Source: Escherichia coli
GTDB taxonomy: Bacteria > Pseudomonadota > Gammaproteobacteria > Enterobacterales > Enterobacteriaceae
NCBI RefSeq assembly: GCF_044324785.1
Contig: NZ_CP172127.1
Length of the DNA stretch: 64,000 nt
Direction: 5' to 3' (one strand)
Shown here: positions 1 through 11,926 of the stretch, one piece after another
Layout of the letters: every line of letters starts with the position of its first letter
Numbering within the stretch: the stretch's first letter is position 1
Translations under genes and position numbers: made by a program
The notes under the pieces: model-generated
The model's database searches: none
Seen by the model: only the letters and a program-made list of their open reading frames with translations
What the model was told of the DNA's origin: nothing

Positions 1-1398
1 CTCAACATGTTTGGCGGTGTCGACCCGAAAACCATCAATCCCATAGTCGCGAACCCACTGACTTAACCAGTGGGTTAAGTAATCGCGAGGGGTAAAACCG
101 TCGATGACTTTAGCGTGGGTATCCGTTTTGTTTTTATAGAACACCGGCAGACCAGAAGCGCTAGTTGATTCGGTTTTGATATCCGGCAAAAAGGCCAGCG
201 ACATAGTGAGATCGTCGAATCCAGGATTGTCGTAATCGCCGATATCGGTTCTGATCCAGTTTTTTCCCCACCATTTATCCCAGCCTGTTTTGTCGCTGAA
301 ATTAATGTAATCGTTAAAGCTATGCCAGGTTTGCCCGGCGGCAGGTTTCCAGTCGCTCCAGCGTTCACCCAACGTTTTTTTCACTTCGTCACCAGAAAGA
401 TATAACGCGCCAAACTGATACTCCTGCATATCCGCCAGTGTGGCATAGCCGGTGTGGTTCATCACGACATCAAAGAGAATACGAATACCGCGCTGATGCG
501 CGCTATCAACCAGTGTCCGTAGATCGGCTTCACTGCCCATATTGGCATCAAGATTCGTCCAGTCCTGTGTGTAATAACCGTGGTAGGCATAATGCGGGAA
601 ATCGCCTTTTGTACCGCCGCCGACCCAGCCGTGAATTTGCTCAAATGGGGCACTTATCCATAAAGCATTGACGCCCAGCTGCTGGAGGTAATCCAGTTTG
701 TTGGTCAGGCCGCGTAAATCGCCGCCGTGAAAAGTGCCAATTTCTGCCATACCGTCTTTATGACGTCCGTAACTCTGGTCATTACTGGGATCGCCGTTTT
801 CGAAACGATCTGTCAGCACAAAGTAAACCGTGGCGTTATGCCAGTCGAAAGGGGCGGAGGCGTCAGTTTCTGCCCGTTCCAGCAGGAGTAAACCGTTGCT
901 GGTGGCAGCGGGTTGTAACGTTATTTGACCGTTCTTCACTATCGCAATTTGCTGGCTGTAATAATCCCGGACGGCGGCTCCCTCCGGAAAAGTGGCGCTG
1001 ACATCCAGTGTGAGCGGTAATCCATCCCATTTCGGGCATTCACGGACCAGGCTTGCTACCGGTTCGACGGCGTTCTGGATGGAAATCATCAATGTTGGTG
1101 TACCGGAGCGGGTGTCTAGTTGCAGCGTATATTCGCCGTCCCTGAACAATCGCCATTGAGGTGGCGTGTTGCTACAAGGTTGCAGGGAAAGCATCTGATT
1201 GAGTTTTATCGCATCCGCAGGCTGCCAGCACTGTTGGTCAAAATTTAGCGTTAGTGGACGCGTACCTTTGGGCAACTGCGCGTGGCTGACAAATGTTCCC
1301 GTCCCCTGTTCGCTAAAGGCGGGAAACCCCGGAGAAGTCCAGCTGGCAGCAACGGCGAAGCCAGGAAGGAGTGTCAGAAAACAGGCGGCGAGTTTCAT
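1..1398 (-). CDS. malS: periplasmic alpha-amylase MalS, N-terminal ~466 codons (gene continues beyond window start)
   Basis: Minus-strand translation from ATG (complement of 1396-1398) gives MKLAACFLTLLPGFAVA..., recognised as MalS signal peptide and N-terminus; no stop before window edge; position next to bax as in K-12. Confidence 0.85.
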   Translation of the reverse strand, partial: MKLAACFLTLLPGFAVAASWTSPGFPAFSEQGTGTFVSHAQLPKGTRPLTLNFDQQCWQPADAIKLNQMLSLQPCSNTPPQWRLFRDGEYTLQLDTRSGTPTLMISIQNAVEPVASLVRECPKWDGLPLTLDVSATFPEGAAVRDYYSQQIAIVKNGQITLQPAATSNGLLLLERAETDASAPFDWHNATVYFVLTDRFENGDPSNDQSYGRHKDGMAEIGTFHGGDLRGLTNKLDYLQQLGVNALWISAPFEQIHGWVGGGTKGDFPHYAYHGYYTQDWTNLDANMGSEADLRTLVDSAHQRGIRILFDVVMNHTGYATLADMQEYQFGALYLSGDEVKKTLGERWSDWKPAAGQTWHSFNDYINFSDKTGWDKWWGKNWIRTDIGDYDNPGFDDLTMSLAFLPDIKTESTSASGLPVFYKNKTDTHAKVIDGFTPRDYLTHWLSQWVRDYGIDGFRVDTAKHVE

Positions 1399-1717
1399 GG
1401 CGGATGAGTCCTTATTGCTGCGATTTCAGACAGTTTGCCAGCGATAAGCCAGACAAAACTCATCCCTGAGCGGTAAGTCCACAGGATGAGAAGCAAGGGT
1501 GAGCGATCGCGCGCAAAAAACGGCTGAATTTTGCGATAAACCCCACATTTTCTGCGATTTAGCGTCAATCTGAATCGTTAACTCGTGACATAGTTTCAGA
1601 TTTGGACTATTCCTTGGGGTGCTCTTGACAGCTATTTTTGATATGATTTGAGATTCAACTCTCAAATTTGTGAAAAATATAAGGTGTTGGAATGATTAAA
1701 TCCGACCAGGAGACCTG

Positions 1718-2542
1718 ATGATTTTGACTCCCATACGACGATATGGGGCGATGATTCTTATGTTACTCACTCTGGTGTTTTCGAGTGAGGTGTTAGCGAA
1801 GACGCACACAACAACAGCGAGTCAAAAGTCCCACTTAACTAAAGCTAGTAATAAACAGGTAAGCAGTAAACAAGAGTATTCTCGCAATAGTGCAAAGAGT
1901 AGTTCACTTCCTGATTTGCGAAAATACCCTTCCGGAACACCAAGGAAAAAGGCGTTTCTCCGGACTGTAATGCCTTACATTACCAGCCAAAATGCGGCCA
2001 TTACTGCGGAACGTAACTGGCTGATTTCAAAACAGTATCAGGGCCAATGGTCACCTGCTGAGCGTGCGCGTCTGAAAGACATCGCCAAACGCTACAAGGT
2101 GAAGTGGTCTGGTAATACGCGAAAAATCCCGTGGAATACCTTGCTTGAACGCGTAGACATTATCCCCACCAGTATGGTAGCGACGATGGCTGCAGCAGAA
2201 AGCGGTTGGGGAACGTCGAAGCTGGCGCGCAACAACAACAATCTGTTCGGCATGAAATGCATGAAAGGACGTTGTACTAATGCGCCGGGTAAAGTGAAGG
2301 GGTACTCACAGTTTAGTTCTGTCAAAGAATCGGTGAGCGCCTATGTCACTAACCTGAATACTCACCCGGCTTACTCTTCGTTCCGTAAATCGCGTGCACA
2401 GCTGCGTAAAGCGGATCAGGAAGTGACTGCCACAGCGATGATTCACAAGCTGAAGGGCTACTCGACCAAAGGGAAGAGTTATAACAACTACCTGTTCGCA
2501 ATGTACCAGGATAACCAACGGTTAATCGCGGCGCATATGTAA
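1718..2542 (+). CDS. bax: Bax protein (putative glucosaminidase family)
   Basis: 274-aa ORF, ATG at 1718 preceded by CAGGAG; sequence and position between malS and xylR match K-12 bax. Confidence 0.9.
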   Translation: MILTPIRRYGAMILMLLTLVFSSEVLAKTHTTTASQKSHLTKASNKQVSSKQEYSRNSAKSSSLPDLRKYPSGTPRKKAFLRTVMPYITSQNAAITAERNWLISKQYQGQWSPAERARLKDIAKRYKVKWSGNTRKIPWNTLLERVDIIPTSMVATMAAAESGWGTSKLARNNNNLFGMKCMKGRCTNAPGKVKGYSQFSSVKESVSAYVTNLNTHPAYSSFRKSRAQLRKADQEVTATAMIHKLKGYSTKGKSYNNYLFAMYQDNQRLIAAHM

Positions 2543-2556
2543 TTACATTTCCTCGA

Positions 2557-2590
2557 GCCTTATCCGACTTGTCGGTCGGATAAGGCTTTT
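2557..2590 (+). terminator. rho-independent terminator downstream of bax
   Basis: Perfect 12-bp inverted repeat gccttatccgac / gtcggataaggc with 6-nt loop followed by TTTT. Confidence 0.7.
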
Positions 2591-2649
2591 GCTCGCATCA
2601 GGTGGTTGTGCTGAGTTACCTGATGCGACGCCGACAATTCTCATCATCG

Positions 2650-3828
2650 CTACAACATGACCTCGCTATTTACATCGCGATACTCTTTTGGCGTCGTGTC
2701 ATATGCTTTTTTAAAAACAGAGTAGAAATATTGCAGCGATGGATAACCGCACATTTGCGATATCTCATTGATCGACAAGGTGGTTGAAATCAGCAGACTG
2801 CGCGCTTTCTCCAACTTCTCGGCATGAATCATGGCATGGATGGTTTCACCCACCTCTTCTTTAAAACGCTTCTCAAGATTGGAGCGCGAGATCCCGACCG
2901 CATCCAGTACCTGATCCACTTTAATCCCTTTACAGGCGTGATTACGAATGTAATGCATGGCCTGAATAACGGCGGGATCTGTCAGCGAGCGGTAATCTGT
3001 TGAGCGCCGTTCAATGACGCGAACTGGTGGGACCAAAATCCGCTGTAGCGGCATTTCTTCTTTATCTAATAATCGATGCAACAGTTTTGCCGCCTGATAG
3101 CCCATTTGCCGCGCGCCCTGAGCGACCGAAGAAAGGGCGACACGCGACAGATAGCGGGTCAGTTCTTCGTTATCGATGCCAATCACGCATAATTTTTCCG
3201 GTACGGGAATATGTAGATGTTCACATACTTGCAGAATATGCCGCGCCCGGGCGTCAGTAACGGCAATAATCCCGGTTTGCGGTGGCAGCGTTTGTAGCCA
3301 GTCTGCCAGCCGATTTTGCGCGTGTTGCCAGTTCTCTGGCGCGGTTTCTAATCCCTGATAAACCACTCCGCGATACTTTTCTTCGGCGACAAGCTGACGA
3401 AATGCATATTCGCGTTCAGTGGCCCAACGTTTACCGCTTGATTCCGGAAGACCATAAAAAGCAAAGCGGTTAACGCCTTTCTCTTTTAAATGCAAAAATG
3501 CGCTTTCAACCAGCGCATAGTTATCGGTGGCAATGTAATGAACGGGTGGGTAACTTTCTGCAAGGTGATACGAGCCGCCAACCCCAACAATGGGGACGTC
3601 GACATCAGCCAGCGCTTGCTCGATCTGTTTGTCGTCGAAGTCGGCAATGACGCCATCTCCTAACCAGTCCTTGATTTTATCAATGCGGGCGCGGAAATCT
3701 TCTTCAATGAAAATATCCCATTCCGATTGTGACGCCTGTAAATATTCTCCTACGCCTTCTACTACCTGCCGGTCATAGGCTTTATTGGCATTGAACAGTA
3801 ATGTGATGCGGTGACGTTTAGTAAACAT
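2650..3828 (-). CDS. xylR: xylose operon transcriptional activator XylR (AraC family)
   Basis: 392-aa ORF; C-terminal AraC-type HTH region, N-terminal sugar-binding domain; adjacent to xylH. Confidence 0.95.
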   Translation of the reverse strand: MFTKRHRITLLFNANKAYDRQVVEGVGEYLQASQSEWDIFIEEDFRARIDKIKDWLGDGVIADFDDKQIEQALADVDVPIVGVGGSYHLAESYPPVHYIATDNYALVESAFLHLKEKGVNRFAFYGLPESSGKRWATEREYAFRQLVAEEKYRGVVYQGLETAPENWQHAQNRLADWLQTLPPQTGIIAVTDARARHILQVCEHLHIPVPEKLCVIGIDNEELTRYLSRVALSSVAQGARQMGYQAAKLLHRLLDKEEMPLQRILVPPVRVIERRSTDYRSLTDPAVIQAMHYIRNHACKGIKVDQVLDAVGISRSNLEKRFKEEVGETIHAMIHAEKLEKARSLLISTTLSINEISQMCGYPSLQYFYSVFKKAYDTTPKEYRDVNSEVML

Positions 3829-3905
3829 GGTTCTTTTCCTGCTGAATCATGCAAAAACTCAACACCGGTAATACGTTACCGGCTTTGAGAAAATTTTTAT
3901 CAAAA

Positions 3906-5087
3906 TCAAGAACGGCGTTTGGTTGCGGAGTCCATCCATACTGCCAGCAACAGAATCGCACCTTTAACGATATACTGCCAGAAGGTCGGTACATCCATCA
4001 TACTCATGCCGTTATCCAGTGAAGCCATGATGAATGCCCCCATTACCGCTCCGGCCACGCTCCCGACGCCGCCTGCCAGACTGGTGCCGCCAATCACACA
4101 TGCGGCAATTGCGTCCAGTTCGGCGATATTTCCCGCAGAAGGTGAACCAGCGCCAAGTCGAGAACTGAGGATTAATCCGGCGATAGCGACCATTAATCCG
4201 TTAATAGCGAATACGGCAAGTTTGGTGCGTTCAACGTTAATCCCGGAGAGACGTGCTGCTTCCAGATTGCCGCCGATGGCATAAATGCGTCGTCCAAATG
4301 CCGTCCGCGTTGCCATAAACATTCCGCCGAGTAACAGCAACGTCAGCAGCAGAACGGGAGTGGGAACGCCACGGTAATCGTTCAACAGCCAGATTGCGCC
4401 TAAGACGATAATCGCCGTTAATGACTGGCGACCGACAACTGCGGTAGAGGCCGGAGACTGCAAACCCAAAGCCTGACGGCGCATTCTTCCGCGCCATTGC
4501 CAGCCAACAAAAGCCATTAAGCCAAGCGCGCCAATGATGAAGCCGGTGCTGGCGGGTAGATAGCTTTGCCCGATTTGTGACATCGCGGCGCTGGTGGGGG
4601 AAACAGTCGTGCCGTTGGTGATGCCAATGAGTATGCCGCGAAATGCCAACATGCCCGCGAGGGTGACAATAAATGAAGGGACTTTGCGGTAAGCGACCCA
4701 CCATCCGTTCCAGGCACCGAGAAGCAGTCCCAGAACCAAAGTCACAATGATGGTAAGTGGCAAAGGCCAGCCTAGCCAGACGTCACAAATCGCCGCGACG
4801 CCACCTAATAGCCCCATCATTGAGCCGACGGAAAGGTCGATTTCAGCAGAAATTATGACGAACACCATTCCTACTGCGAGGATGCCGGTAATCGCGGTCT
4901 GGCGTAACAGGTTGGAGACGTTACGGGCGCTTAAGTAGGCACCATCGGTGGTCCAGGTAAAGAACAGCATGATTGCGATGATAGCTGCAATCATCACGAA
5001 GACCTGCAAATTCAGTGACTTCAGCCCGGAAAAGCCACCGGATGTCGGTACGGCCAATTTCACTTCAGACGGATTGCTTTTCGACAT
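3906..5087 (-). CDS. xylH: xylose ABC transporter permease XylH
   Basis: 393-aa polytopic membrane protein ORF; gene order xylF-xylG-xylH. Confidence 0.95.
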   Translation of the reverse strand: MSKSNPSEVKLAVPTSGGFSGLKSLNLQVFVMIAAIIAIMLFFTWTTDGAYLSARNVSNLLRQTAITGILAVGMVFVIISAEIDLSVGSMMGLLGGVAAICDVWLGWPLPLTIIVTLVLGLLLGAWNGWWVAYRKVPSFIVTLAGMLAFRGILIGITNGTTVSPTSAAMSQIGQSYLPASTGFIIGALGLMAFVGWQWRGRMRRQALGLQSPASTAVVGRQSLTAIIVLGAIWLLNDYRGVPTPVLLLTLLLLGGMFMATRTAFGRRIYAIGGNLEAARLSGINVERTKLAVFAINGLMVAIAGLILSSRLGAGSPSAGNIAELDAIAACVIGGTSLAGGVGSVAGAVMGAFIMASLDNGMSMMDVPTFWQYIVKGAILLLAVWMDSATKRRS

Positions 5088-6606
5088 GATGTTCGCTCCT
5101 CAATGCGGCTTCCATCACCTGCTCCTGAGTCAGGTTATGATTTATCAGGTTGGCTTTTAGTTTCCCTTCATGCATCACCAGTACACGATCGCTAAGGCCG
5201 AGCACTTCAGGTAATTCGGAAGAGATGACAATAACGGCAATACCCTGCTGGACGAGTTGGTTAATTAATTTGTAGATCTCGTATTTCGCGCCAATATCGA
5301 TACCCCTGGTAGGTTCATCAAGAATGAGAATGCGCGGGTTGAGTAACAGACAGCGAGCGAGGATCGCTTTTTGCTGATTGCCGCCGCTCAAACGTCCAAT
5401 AGCAAGGTTGGGGGACGACGTTTTAACTTTGAGTTGCTGGATTGATTCCAGAATACATTTTTGCTCTGCCGCGTCATCAAGCTGGCTAATACCGCCGGTA
5501 AATTTATTGAGTGCGGCGAGGGTAATATTTTTACCAACCGCCATTACCGGAACGATGCCGTCGCGCTTTCTGTCTTCGGGTACCATCGCAATCCCCTGGG
5601 CGATGGCTTGCTGACAGTTACGAATATCTACCTGTTTGCCATCAATATAAATTTTCCCTTCCCATTGTCCGGGCCACACGCCAAACAGGCACTGAATGGT
5701 CTCGGTACGTCCGGCACCAACGAGTCCGGCAATACCCAGTATTTCGCCACGTTTCAGGGAAAACGAGACATCATTAACTCGTTTAATATGACGATTAACC
5801 GGATGCCATGCCGTCAGATGTTCAATACGTAATATTTCATCTCCGGTGGTATGTGGTTCATTTGGGTAAAGTGCGGTTAACTCTCGCCCGACCATCATGG
5901 TGATAATATCGTCTTCACTCATTCCGGCAGCATCACGCGTACCAATGTGCTGACCGTCACGAATAACGCAAATCGTATCGGAAATCGCTTTGACTTCGTT
6001 GAGTTTATGCGAAATATAAATACAGGCGATACCGTGCTGTTGTAGATCGCGAATAATATCCAGTAAAACCGACGTTTCCTGCTCAGTTAATGAGGCTGTC
6101 GGCTCATCGAGAATTAACAAACGCACCTGTTTATTAAGTGCCTTGGCAATTTCAACCAGTTGTTGTTGCCCAAGCCCTAAATCGCCAACGCGGGTATCTG
6201 GTGAAATAGATAAACTGACCTGTGCGAGCAGCTTCTGACAGCGTAGCGTCATCAGATCATAATCCATAATGCCATTATGGGTTATTTCGTTACCCAGGAA
6301 GATATTTTCCAGCACGGTCAATTCTTTCACCAGCGCCAATTCCTGGTGAATGATAGCGATACCTTTGCGTTCGGTATCGCGGATGTGACTCGCCTGAATC
6401 TCTTCTCCCGCAAAAATAATTTCGCCTTCGTAGGAGCCATGGGGATAAATACCACACAGCACTTTCATCAGCGTTGATTTACCAGACCCATTTTCCCCAC
6501 AGAGTGAGACGATTTCGCCAGCATTCAACCGCAAGCTGACGTTATCAATCGCCTTCACACTGCCGAAGGTTTTGGTAATGTTCTTCATTTCAAGTAGATA
6601 AGGCAT
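5065..6606 (-). CDS. xylG: xylose ABC transporter ATP-binding protein XylG (two ABC domains)
   Basis: 513-aa ORF with two Walker A motifs ([18 protein letters not shown]); 23-nt overlap with xylH start. Confidence 0.95.
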   Translation of the reverse strand: MPYLLEMKNITKTFGSVKAIDNVSLRLNAGEIVSLCGENGSGKSTLMKVLCGIYPHGSYEGEIIFAGEEIQASHIRDTERKGIAIIHQELALVKELTVLENIFLGNEITHNGIMDYDLMTLRCQKLLAQVSLSISPDTRVGDLGLGQQQLVEIAKALNKQVRLLILDEPTASLTEQETSVLLDIIRDLQQHGIACIYISHKLNEVKAISDTICVIRDGQHIGTRDAAGMSEDDIITMMVGRELTALYPNEPHTTGDEILRIEHLTAWHPVNRHIKRVNDVSFSLKRGEILGIAGLVGAGRTETIQCLFGVWPGQWEGKIYIDGKQVDIRNCQQAIAQGIAMVPEDRKRDGIVPVMAVGKNITLAALNKFTGGISQLDDAAEQKCILESIQQLKVKTSSPNLAIGRLSGGNQQKAILARCLLLNPRILILDEPTRGIDIGAKYEIYKLINQLVQQGIAVIVISSELPEVLGLSDRVLVMHEGKLKANLINHNLTQEQVMEAALRSEHHVEKQSV

Positions 6607-6682
6607 AACGACTCCACCTAAGCCAATTCATTCACGCGGCATGGAGAGAAATCACGCCCCGCTCCTCGCCGGGGCGTAACGC

Positions 6683-7675
6683 TTACAGCTCGCTCTCTTT
6701 GTGGAATCCGTCTTTAACTACCGTATCTTTGATGTTGTTTTTATTCACATCGATCGGTGTCAGCAGGCGGGAGGGAACATCTTTCAGACCATTATTCAGT
6801 GTGGTATCTGCTTTTGGTTCCTGACCATTGCCCAACTCAACGGCAATTTCTGCGGCAGTATTTGCCAGCAATGTAATAGGTTTATACACCGTCATAGTTT
6901 GCGTACCGGCAGCAATACGTTTAATACCTGCGAGATCCGCATCCTGGCCGGAAATTGCTACTTTCCCTGATAAACCTTGCGCACTTAATGCCTGAATTGC
7001 CCCACCTGCGGTGGCATCGTTTGAGGCAACTACAGCATCAATTTTGTTGTTATTGGCGGTTAGCGCGTTTTCCATAATTTTTAATGCGTTTTCCGGTAAC
7101 CAGCCATCAACCCATTGGTCACCAACGACTTTAATTTTTCCGGAATCAACGTAAGGTTTTAACACTTTCATTTGCCCGGCGCGGAACAGCTTGGCGTTGT
7201 TATCTACCGGCGAGCCGCCCATCAGGAAGTAATTACCTTGCGGAACAATATCGACCAGGGCTTTTGCCTGCAGTTCACCGACTTTTTCGTTATCGAAAGA
7301 AATGTAAAAATCGATATCCGCATCGTTAATCATACGGTCGTAAGCTAATACTTTAATACCTTCTTGTTTGGCTTCTTTTACAACGTTACTTAATACCTGA
7401 CCGTTATACGGAATAATGACAAGAACATCGACACCCCGGTTAATCATGTTTTCAATCTGCGACATTTGTGTTTCTTCATTGCCATTTGCAGACTGTACAA
7501 ATACTTTCGCGCCGAGAGATTCTGCCTTTTTCACAAAAATATCTCGATCTTTTTGCCAGCGTTCAAGACGGAGATCATCAATCGCCATACCTATTTTGAC
7601 TTCTTTGGCGTGTGCAGCAACGTTGGTAAGCAGAAGTGAGGTGCAAAGGGTGAGTAGAATGTTCTTTATTTTCAT
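6683..7675 (-). CDS. xylF: D-xylose-binding periplasmic protein XylF
   Basis: Six-frame ORF is 356 aa; internal start MKIKNILLTLCTSLLLTNVAAHA (signal peptide) gives the expected 330 aa. Confidence 0.9.
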   Translation of the reverse strand: MKIKNILLTLCTSLLLTNVAAHAKEVKIGMAIDDLRLERWQKDRDIFVKKAESLGAKVFVQSANGNEETQMSQIENMINRGVDVLVIIPYNGQVLSNVVKEAKQEGIKVLAYDRMINDADIDFYISFDNEKVGELQAKALVDIVPQGNYFLMGGSPVDNNAKLFRAGQMKVLKPYVDSGKIKVVGDQWVDGWLPENALKIMENALTANNNKIDAVVASNDATAGGAIQALSAQGLSGKVAISGQDADLAGIKRIAAGTQTMTVYKPITLLANTAAEIAVELGNGQEPKADTTLNNGLKDVPSRLLTPIDVNKNNIKDTVVKDGFHKESEL

Positions 7676-8040
7676 GGTGTAGGGCCTTCTGTAGTTAGAG
7701 GACAGCTTTAATAAGTAACAATCACCGCGATAAACGTAACCAATTTTTAGCAACTAAACAGGGGAAAACAATTACAGATTTTTATCTTTCGATTACGATT
7801 TTTGGTTTATTTCTTGATTTATGACAGAGATCTTACTTTTGTTGCGCAATTGTACTTATTGCATTTTTCTCTTCGAGGAATTACCCAGTTTCATCATTCC
7901 ATTTTATTTTGCGAGCGAGCGCACACTTGTGAATTATCTCAATAGCAGTGTGAAATAACATAATTGAGCAACTGAAAGGGAGTGCCCAATATTACGACAT
8001 CATCCATCACCCGCGGCATTACCTGATTATGGAGTTCAAT
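7676..8040. promoter_or_regulatory. divergent xylF / xylA promoter region (XylR- and CRP-controlled); CRP-like half-site TGTGA at 7928-7932
   Basis: Intergenic AT-rich region between divergent xylF and xylA; individual operator positions not resolved, only the TGTGA motif was read. Confidence 0.5.
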
Positions 8041-9363
8041 ATGCAAGCCTATTTTGACCAGCTCGATCGCGTTCGTTATGAAGGCTCAAAATCCTCTAAC
8101 CCGTTAGCATTCCATCACTATAATCCCGACGAACTGGTGTTGGGCAAGCGTATGGAAGAGCACTTGCGTTTTGCCGCCTGCTACTGGCACACCTTCTGCT
8201 GGAACGGGGCGGACATGTTTGGTGTGGGGGCGTTTAATCGTCCGTGGCAGCAGCCTGGTGAGGCATTGGCGTTGGCGAAGCGTAAAGCAGATGTCGCATT
8301 TGAGTTTTTCCACAAGTTACATGTGCCATTTTATTGCTTCCACGATGTGGATGTTTCCCCTGAGGGCGCGTCGTTAAAAGAGTACATCAATAATTTTGCG
8401 CAAATGGTTGATGTCCTGGCAGGCAAGCAAGAAGAGAGCGGCGTGAAGCTGCTGTGGGGAACCGCTAACTGCTTTACAAACCCTCGCTACGGTGCGGGTG
8501 CTGCGACGAACCCAGATCCAGAAGTCTTTAGTTGGGCGGCAACTCAAGTTGTTACAGCGATGGAAGCAACCCATAAATTGGGCGGTGAAAACTATGTCCT
8601 GTGGGGCGGTCGTGAAGGTTACGAAACGTTGTTAAATACCGACTTGCGTCAGGAGCGTGAACAGCTGGGCCGCTTTATGCAAATGGTGGTTGAGCATAAA
8701 CATAAAATCGGCTTCCAGGGTACGTTGCTTATCGAACCGAAACCGCAAGAACCGACCAAACATCAATATGATTACGATGCTGCGACAGTCTATGGCTTCC
8801 TGAAACAGTTTGGTCTGGAAAAAGAGATTAAACTGAACATTGAAGCTAACCACGCGACGCTGGCAGGTCACTCTTTCCATCATGAAATAGCCACCGCCAT
8901 TGCGCTTGGCCTGTTCGGTTCTGTCGACGCTAACCGTGGCGATGCACAACTGGGCTGGGACACCGACCAGTTCCCGAACAGTGTGGAAGAGAATGCGCTG
9001 GTGATGTATGAAATTCTCAAAGCAGGCGGTTTCACCACCGGCGGTCTGAACTTCGATGCCAAAGTACGTCGTCAAAGTACTGATAAATATGATCTGTTTT
9101 ACGGTCATATCGGCGCGATGGATACGATGGCGTTGGCGCTGAAAATTGCAGCACGCATGATTGAAGATGGCGAGCTGGATAAACGCATCGCGCAGCGTTA
9201 TTCCGGCTGGAATAGCGAATTAGGCCAGCAAATCCTGAAAGGCCAAATGTCACTGGCAGATTTAGCCAAATATGCTCAGGAACACAATTTGTCTCCGGTG
9301 CATCAGAGTGGTCGCCAGGAGCAACTGGAAAATCTGGTAAACCATTATCTGTTCGACAAATAA
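8041..9363 (+). CDS. xylA: xylose isomerase
   Basis: ORF begins [12 protein letters not shown]...; start placed at second ATG (8041) to give the expected 440 aa [15 protein letters not shown]... Confidence 0.95.
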   Translation: MQAYFDQLDRVRYEGSKSSNPLAFHHYNPDELVLGKRMEEHLRFAACYWHTFCWNGADMFGVGAFNRPWQQPGEALALAKRKADVAFEFFHKLHVPFYCFHDVDVSPEGASLKEYINNFAQMVDVLAGKQEESGVKLLWGTANCFTNPRYGAGAATNPDPEVFSWAATQVVTAMEATHKLGGENYVLWGGREGYETLLNTDLRQEREQLGRFMQMVVEHKHKIGFQGTLLIEPKPQEPTKHQYDYDAATVYGFLKQFGLEKEIKLNIEANHATLAGHSFHHEIATAIALGLFGSVDANRGDAQLGWDTDQFPNSVEENALVMYEILKAGGFTTGGLNFDAKVRRQSTDKYDLFYGHIGAMDTMALALKIAARMIEDGELDKRIAQRYSGWNSELGQQILKGQMSLADLAKYAQEHNLSPVHQSGRQEQLENLVNHYLFDK

Positions 9364-9434
9364 CGGCTAACTGTGCAGTCCGTTGGCCCGGTTATCGGTA
9401 GCGATACCGGGCATTTTTTTAAGGAACGATCGAT

Positions 9435-10889
9435 ATGTATATCGGGATAGATCTTGGCACCTCGGGCGTAAAAGTTATTTTGCTCAACGAGCAGGGCGAG
9501 GTGGTTGCTTCGCAAACGGAAAAGCTGACCGTTTCGCGCCCGCATCCACTCTGGTCGGAACAAGACCCGGAACAGTGGTGGCAGGCAACTGATCGCGCAA
9601 TGAAAGCCCTGGGCGATCAGCATTCTCTGCAGGACGTAAAAGCATTGGGTATTGCCGGCCAGATGCACGGTGCAACCTTACTGGATGCCCAGCAACGGTT
9701 ATTACGCCCTGCCATTTTGTGGAACGACGGGCGCTGTGCGCAAGAGTGCACTTTGCTGGAAGCGCGAGTTCCGCAATCACGGGTGATTACCGGTAACCTG
9801 ATGATGCCCGGATTTACTGCGCCTAAATTGCTATGGGTTCAGCGGCATGAGCCGGAGATATTCCGTCAAATCGACAAAGTATTATTACCGAAAGATTACT
9901 TGCGTCTGCGTATGACGGGGGAGTTTGCCAGCGATATGTCTGACGCAGCTGGCACCATGTGGCTGGATGTCGCAAAGCGTGACTGGAGTGACGACATGCT
10001 GCAGGCTTGCCACTTATCTCGTGACCAGATGCCTACATTATACGAAGGCAGCGAAATTACTGGTGCTTTGCTACCTGAAGTTGCGAAAGCGTGGGGTATG
10101 GCGGCGGTGCCAGTTGTCGCAGGCGGTGGTGATAATGCAGCTGGTGCGGTTGGTGTAGGAATGGTTGATGCTAATCAGGCAATGTTATCGCTGGGGACGT
10201 CGGGGGTCTATTTTGCTGTCAGCGAAGGGTTCTTAAGCAAGCCAGAAAGCGCCGTACACAGCTTTTGCCATGCGCTACCGCAGCGTTGGCATTTAATGTC
10301 TGTAATGCTGAGTGCAGCGTCGTGTCTGGATTGGGCTGCGAAATTAACGGGCCTGAACAATGTCCCAGCTTTAATCGCGGCTGCTCAACAGGCTGATGAA
10401 AGTGCCGAGCCAGTTTGGTTTCTGCCTTATCTTTCCGGCGAGCGTACACCACACAATAATCCCCAGGCGAAGGGGGTTTTCTTTGGTTTGACTCATCAAC
10501 ATGGCCCCAATGAACTGGCGCGAGCAGTGCTGGAAGGCGTGGGTTATGCGCTGGCAGATGGCATGGATGTCGTGCATGCCTGCGGCATTAAACCGCAAAG
10601 TGTTACGTTGATTGGTGGCGGGGCGCGTAGTGAGTACTGGCGTCAGATGCTGGCGGATATCAGCGGTCAGCAACTCGATTACCGCACGGGGGGGGATGTG
10701 GGGCCAGCACTGGGCGCAGCAAGGCTGGCGCAGATTGCGGCGAATCCAGAGAAATCGCTCATTGAGTTGTTGCCACAACTGCCGTTAGAACAGTCGCATC
10801 TACCAGATGCGCAGCGTTATGCCGCTTATCAGCCACGACGTGAAACGTTCCGTCGCCTCTATCAGCAACTTCTGCCATTAATGGCGTAA
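9435..10889 (+). CDS. xylB: xylulokinase
   Basis: 484-aa ORF MYIGIDLGTSGVKVILLNEQG..., FGGY sugar kinase N-terminus; follows xylA. Confidence 0.95.
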   Translation: MYIGIDLGTSGVKVILLNEQGEVVASQTEKLTVSRPHPLWSEQDPEQWWQATDRAMKALGDQHSLQDVKALGIAGQMHGATLLDAQQRLLRPAILWNDGRCAQECTLLEARVPQSRVITGNLMMPGFTAPKLLWVQRHEPEIFRQIDKVLLPKDYLRLRMTGEFASDMSDAAGTMWLDVAKRDWSDDMLQACHLSRDQMPTLYEGSEITGALLPEVAKAWGMAAVPVVAGGGDNAAGAVGVGMVDANQAMLSLGTSGVYFAVSEGFLSKPESAVHSFCHALPQRWHLMSVMLSAASCLDWAAKLTGLNNVPALIAAAQQADESAEPVWFLPYLSGERTPHNNPQAKGVFFGLTHQHGPNELARAVLEGVGYALADGMDVVHACGIKPQSVTLIGGGARSEYWRQMLADISGQQLDYRTGGDVGPALGAARLAQIAANPEKSLIELLPQLPLEQSHLPDAQRYAAYQPRRETFRRLYQQLLPLMA

Positions 10890-11058
10890 ACGTTATCCCC
10901 TGCCTGACCGGGTGGGGGGATAATTCACATCTATATATATCAGTAATTAATTAATATTTAGTATGAATTTATTCTGAAAATCATTTGTTAATGGCATTTT
11001 TCAGTTTTGTCTTTCGTTGGTTACTCGTAATGTATCGCTGGTAGATATGGAGATCGTT

Positions 11059-11400
11059 ATGAAAACCTCAAAGACTGTGGCAAAAATATTATTTGTTGTC
11101 GGGGCGCTGGTTTATCTGCTTGGGCTATGGATCTCATGCCCATTGTTAAGTGGAAAAGGCTATTTTCTTGGCGTGTTAATGACGGCAACTTTTGGCAACT
11201 ATGCATATCTTCGCGCAGAAAAACTCGGGCAACTGGATGATTTTTTTACCCACATCTGCCAGTTAGTTGCGTTAATCACTATCGGTCTCTTGTTTATCGG
11301 TGTTTTAAACGCACCTATCAATGCTTATGAAATGGTGATCTACCCTATCGCCTTTTTTGTCTGCTTGTTTGGTCAAATGCGTTTGTTTCGCCCGGCATGA
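11059..11400 (+). CDS. yiaB: inner membrane protein YiaB
   Basis: 113 aa from MKTSKTVAKILFVVGALVYLLGL...; hydrophobic; position next to xylB. Confidence 0.8.
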   Translation: MKTSKTVAKILFVVGALVYLLGLWISCPLLSGKGYFLGVLMTATFGNYAYLRAEKLGQLDDFFTHICQLVALITIGLLFIGVLNAPINAYEMVIYPIAFFVCLFGQMRLFRPA

Positions 11401-11445
11401 GCAACATAAAGCTCTTACACATTCAGGAATGAAAGGAATACTGTG

Positions 11446-11883
11446 ATGGACAACAAAATATCAACCTATTCTCCGGCATTCAGTATTGTGTCATGGATAG
11501 CTCTCGTTGGTGGTATCGTTACCTATCTGTTAGGGCTATGGAATGCAGAGATGCAGTTAAATGAAAAAGGATATTATTTTGCCGTACTGGTATTAGGACT
11601 GTTTTCTGCTGCGTCTTATCAAAAGACCGTTCGGGATAAGTATGAAGGCATACCGACCACTTCCATTTATTATATGACCTGCCTGACTGTCTTTATTATC
11701 TCTGTTGCATTACTGATGGTAGGTCTGTGGAATGCGACATTATTACTCAGCGAGAAAGGTTTTTATGGACTAGCTTTCTTCTTAAGCTTGTTTGGTGCAG
11801 TAGCGGTGCAGAAGAATATTCGTGATGCCGGAATAAACCCACCAAAAGAAACACAGGTTACCCAGGAAGAATACAGCGAATAA
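11446..11883 (+). CDS. yiaA: inner membrane protein YiaA
   Basis: 145 aa from [12 protein letters not shown]...; paralogous to YiaB (shared LLGLWNA motifs); position. Confidence 0.8.
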
Positions 11884-11892
11884 TTCACATAA

Positions 11893-11926
11893 GCCCGGTC
11901 AGTCCAATGTGACCGGGCTTTTATTT
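11893..11926. terminator. hairpin terminator between convergent yiaA and wecH
   Basis: gcccggtc / gaccgggc inverted repeat followed by TTTTATTT; overlaps wecH stop codon. Confidence 0.6.

Noticed and set aside
2595-2626. Second inverted repeat (gcatcaggt / acctgatgc) between bax and xylR as a xylR terminator
   Set aside because: Not followed by a U-tract on either strand; may be a REP-like palindrome but function is not supported.
6683-7753. N-terminally extended 356-aa version of xylF
   Set aside because: The extension precedes the signal peptide; start at the internal ATG gives the expected 330-aa periplasmic binding protein.
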